A DNA stretch of 64,000 nucleotides from the human T2T-CHM13v2.0 reference genome, Homo sapiens: the NCBI RefSeq assembly GCF_009914755.1, contig NC_060925.1. One strand, 5' to 3'. This document shows positions 57,460 through 64,000 of this stretch, one piece after another. The translations under genes and the position numbers were made by a program. Each line of letters opens with the position of its first letter. Within the stretch, counting starts at the first letter, position 1. The notes beneath the pieces were generated by a model. That model saw only the letters and a program-made list of their open reading frames with translations, ran no database searches and had not been told where the DNA came from.

Positions 57460-57741
<282 letters not shown>

Positions 57742-58730
57742 TCAGACTTCTGGCCTCTCCTCTGTGCAAACTGGTTGTGGGAACAGTAAAAATCATTGTC
57801 TCCTCTGCAAATTTTTGATTAATTAAAGATTCATGAGGCTAGTCTTAAGCTATAGCAAATGTGGTGTGCTTTGTGCTATGAATTTATCTTTCTGTATTGT
57901 TCTGTCATAAAAAGAAGTACCTTAGGATAGAACATGGACTTAGGGCCTCATAAGCCTGCTGTTCAAGCCAGCCTGGCAAACTGGTCAGTTACAAACTTTG
58001 TTGGAGGTCCCTGAAACAAAAACTGGATAAAATTTCCCTCTTGTCTTGTTTTATGTCCTTGGGAGCTTGACCTTGTAACCACGTGGTGGTACTTTCTCTT
58101 GGTTTCCGCCATCCAGAGGACAGGAATTTTGGAGTTCATGTCATAGTTAGCTCTAAAAATTATCTTGAGTAGTTAAAAGCCTTTGCAAGCTCAAAATTGA
58201 CTGCTCTAGGCTCCGTCTGGGAAGAGCAATGGAAACTGCCTAATGCTGTAGCTTAGTAGCTAAGGTTTTGTCTTTTCACAATGGCACCCTGGGTTAAATT
58301 TTCAGCCTAGAGAATAAATACTTTCTGGTTGATATTTGTGTGACCTTTGCCACTTGTTGATTTCCTTCCCCTCTATGTACAACTTCTGACTTCCCATCTT
58401 GAATTTTTTCTTCTCTGAACACCTGGGAGGTTACCTTTGGTAAAGTTCAAAAGCCAGAAATATAGGCTGTTTGGCCTAGCTAGAGTCTGATAATAAAAGA
58501 TTTGGTTAAGTCAGCTTAATTAAAAGTAGATATCCAAACTATGCATATATTAAAAGGTTTTTATGCTTTTTTCACTTCTTGGATCTTATTTTTCTGAAGA
58601 AAAAAAGTTCTTTTATTCTCAGTCAACTGAATTGTTTTTAAAGTATACTCCTACAAACAAAATTTGGAGCATCTTCCTTTCTCCCTGGTTTCTCCAAACT
58701 TTGGAAACTGTTTGTAAGTATTCTTACTTA

Positions 58731-59118
<388 letters not shown>

Positions 59119-59336
59119 TTATCAAGGCTTTGACTGAAATGGCATGCTTTCAGGTACAAACAGACTGTTTTAAGGAATTGAAGTTGACTTATAGAGCTAA
59201 TAAAATCCCCTTGGGGGAGCTGGGCGCGGTGGCTCATGCCTGTAATCCCAGCACTTTGGGAGGCCGACGTGGGCAGATCACGAGGTCAGGAAATCAAGAC
59301 CATCTTGGCCAACATGGTGAAACCCCGTCTCTACTA

Positions 59337-59543
<207 letters not shown>

Positions 59544-59608
59544 TCACGCCTGTAATCCCAACACTTTGGGAGGCTGAGGTGAGTGGATCACCTGAAGTCA
59601 GGAGTTCA

Positions 59609-59890
<282 letters not shown>

Positions 59891-60163
59891 CTATGATGAT
59901 AAGTAAAGAATGTCACGTTCTGACAAGCCTAGGAACCCCATGTTATCTTTGGACCTCAAGAGGAGAGGAATTTACCTTACTCATATAGGTATTTGATGGC
60001 ACAAACCCATGGCCGAGCTTAAGGCTTTAAAAAGTCTTATCTTGCCAGGCATGGTGGCTCATGCCTGTAATCCCAGCACTTTGGGAGGCTGAGGCAGGTG
60101 GATCATCTGAGGTCGGGAGATCGAGACCATCCAGGCTAACACGGTGAAACCCCGTTTCTACTA

Positions 60164-60325
<162 letters not shown>

Positions 60326-60525
60326 TCAAAAAAAAAAAAAAAAAAATTCTTACCTGAGATTTCTCATGGAACAAAGTTCCATCAAAGCCAATTTACAAAT
60401 GAGCCTATATGGGAAATTATTATTCTTGCTGTGCTTTATGCAAATAATCAGGCCAAGTATAATAAGACTAAAGCTTATTTTGCAAACAAATTAGTCCTAT
60501 CATGATTTGTTTTTAATAAAAATGA

Positions 60526-60847
<322 letters not shown>

Positions 60848-60850
60848 TGA

Positions 60851-61197
<347 letters not shown>

Positions 61198-61839
61198 TTA
61201 TGTTTTAAGAAATATGCTACACCTGTTATTAGAGTCTAGTCTCATCAGTTGTTTTTGAGGGTTTTTTTTCTGCAATTTATACCAACCCTGGTTATTCCTG
61301 CCAATCAACCAGTGATCTCTGACTGCAGCTCAGAAGAAACAAGAGGGATGGATAGTGTAAAAATCTGGATCAGTATTCTAATTCTGGGCACGTACTGGAA
61401 TCAGCTAGTGATTCCATATTAGCTTGATTCCAGCAATTGCTCAGTTAATGGAAAGCCTTCTTATTTAGTTTACTTGGGATAATTTTTCTTATTTTGCTTT
61501 ACTGTTGTGGAATATATTGCTGTTGTACCCTTTGTGTAGGAATGCAGGATAAGCTTACTCAATGTTTTCTTTTTTCTTTTTTTCCTCCAACCTCTCCTCC
61601 CCCTCAATGTTTTCTTAAATTTAATCCTTGTTAATCTTCCAGATATCCCCTTTTGTCGAAATTCATAGTTATGAATGGTCCTTACTATACTGATGCTTCC
61701 TGACTGAGCTCCTCTCTACCCTGAATACAAGAGACCCTAGTAGTTAGGCAGGAATATCATTGTCCCTGTTTAGCCTGAAGAAGTTACGGAAGATGGATTT
61801 TTGTCCCTCTAAAACCCTTAGGATTAAGAGTCCCCTTGT

Positions 61840-61856
61840 AAAAGGGAGGGGAGAAA
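61840..61856 (+). other. Retroviral polypurine tract
   Basis: AAAAGGGAGGGGAGAAA lies 2 nt before the LTR's terminal TG, so this is the 3' LTR. Confidence 0.85.
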
Positions 61857-61858
61857 TA

Positions 61859-63245
<1,387 letters not shown>

Positions 63246-63275
63246 GTTTGGATAAGTACTGATTGATAGATGTAA

Positions 63276-64000
<725 letters not shown>

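Overview
Human (primate) genomic DNA. The window opens with the last coding exon, 3' UTR and poly(A) signal of RPS6KA1 (RSK1, C-terminus ...LAQRRVRKLPSTTL*). From memory this is chr1p36.11, in the interval running towards ARID1A; that placement is not verifiable here. The remaining ~63 kb has no credible protein-coding gene. It is saturated with Alu (roughly 85-90 copies or fragments by manual count) plus older MIR, L2, L3, L1M and DNA-transposon remnants. Notable elements: a 7SL and a Y3 RNA retropseudogene, a full-length SVA (D-like), an orphan CpG island at ~46.2-47.5 kb, a MADE2-like MITE, and a MER41-family provirus that kept its 3' LTR but lost its 5' LTR. I found no new gene system. The most striking structure is at 18.8-23.6 kb. 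A ~236-bp inverted templated copy of nearby DNA was pasted into a broken Alu monomer with end-joining scars. An SVA later landed in the donor, so the copy is a built-in fossil of the SVA empty site. The SVA also carries a short 5' leader that may identify its source locus. Repeat family names come from recognising consensus sequences by eye, and repeat boundaries are approximate unless a TSD is quoted.
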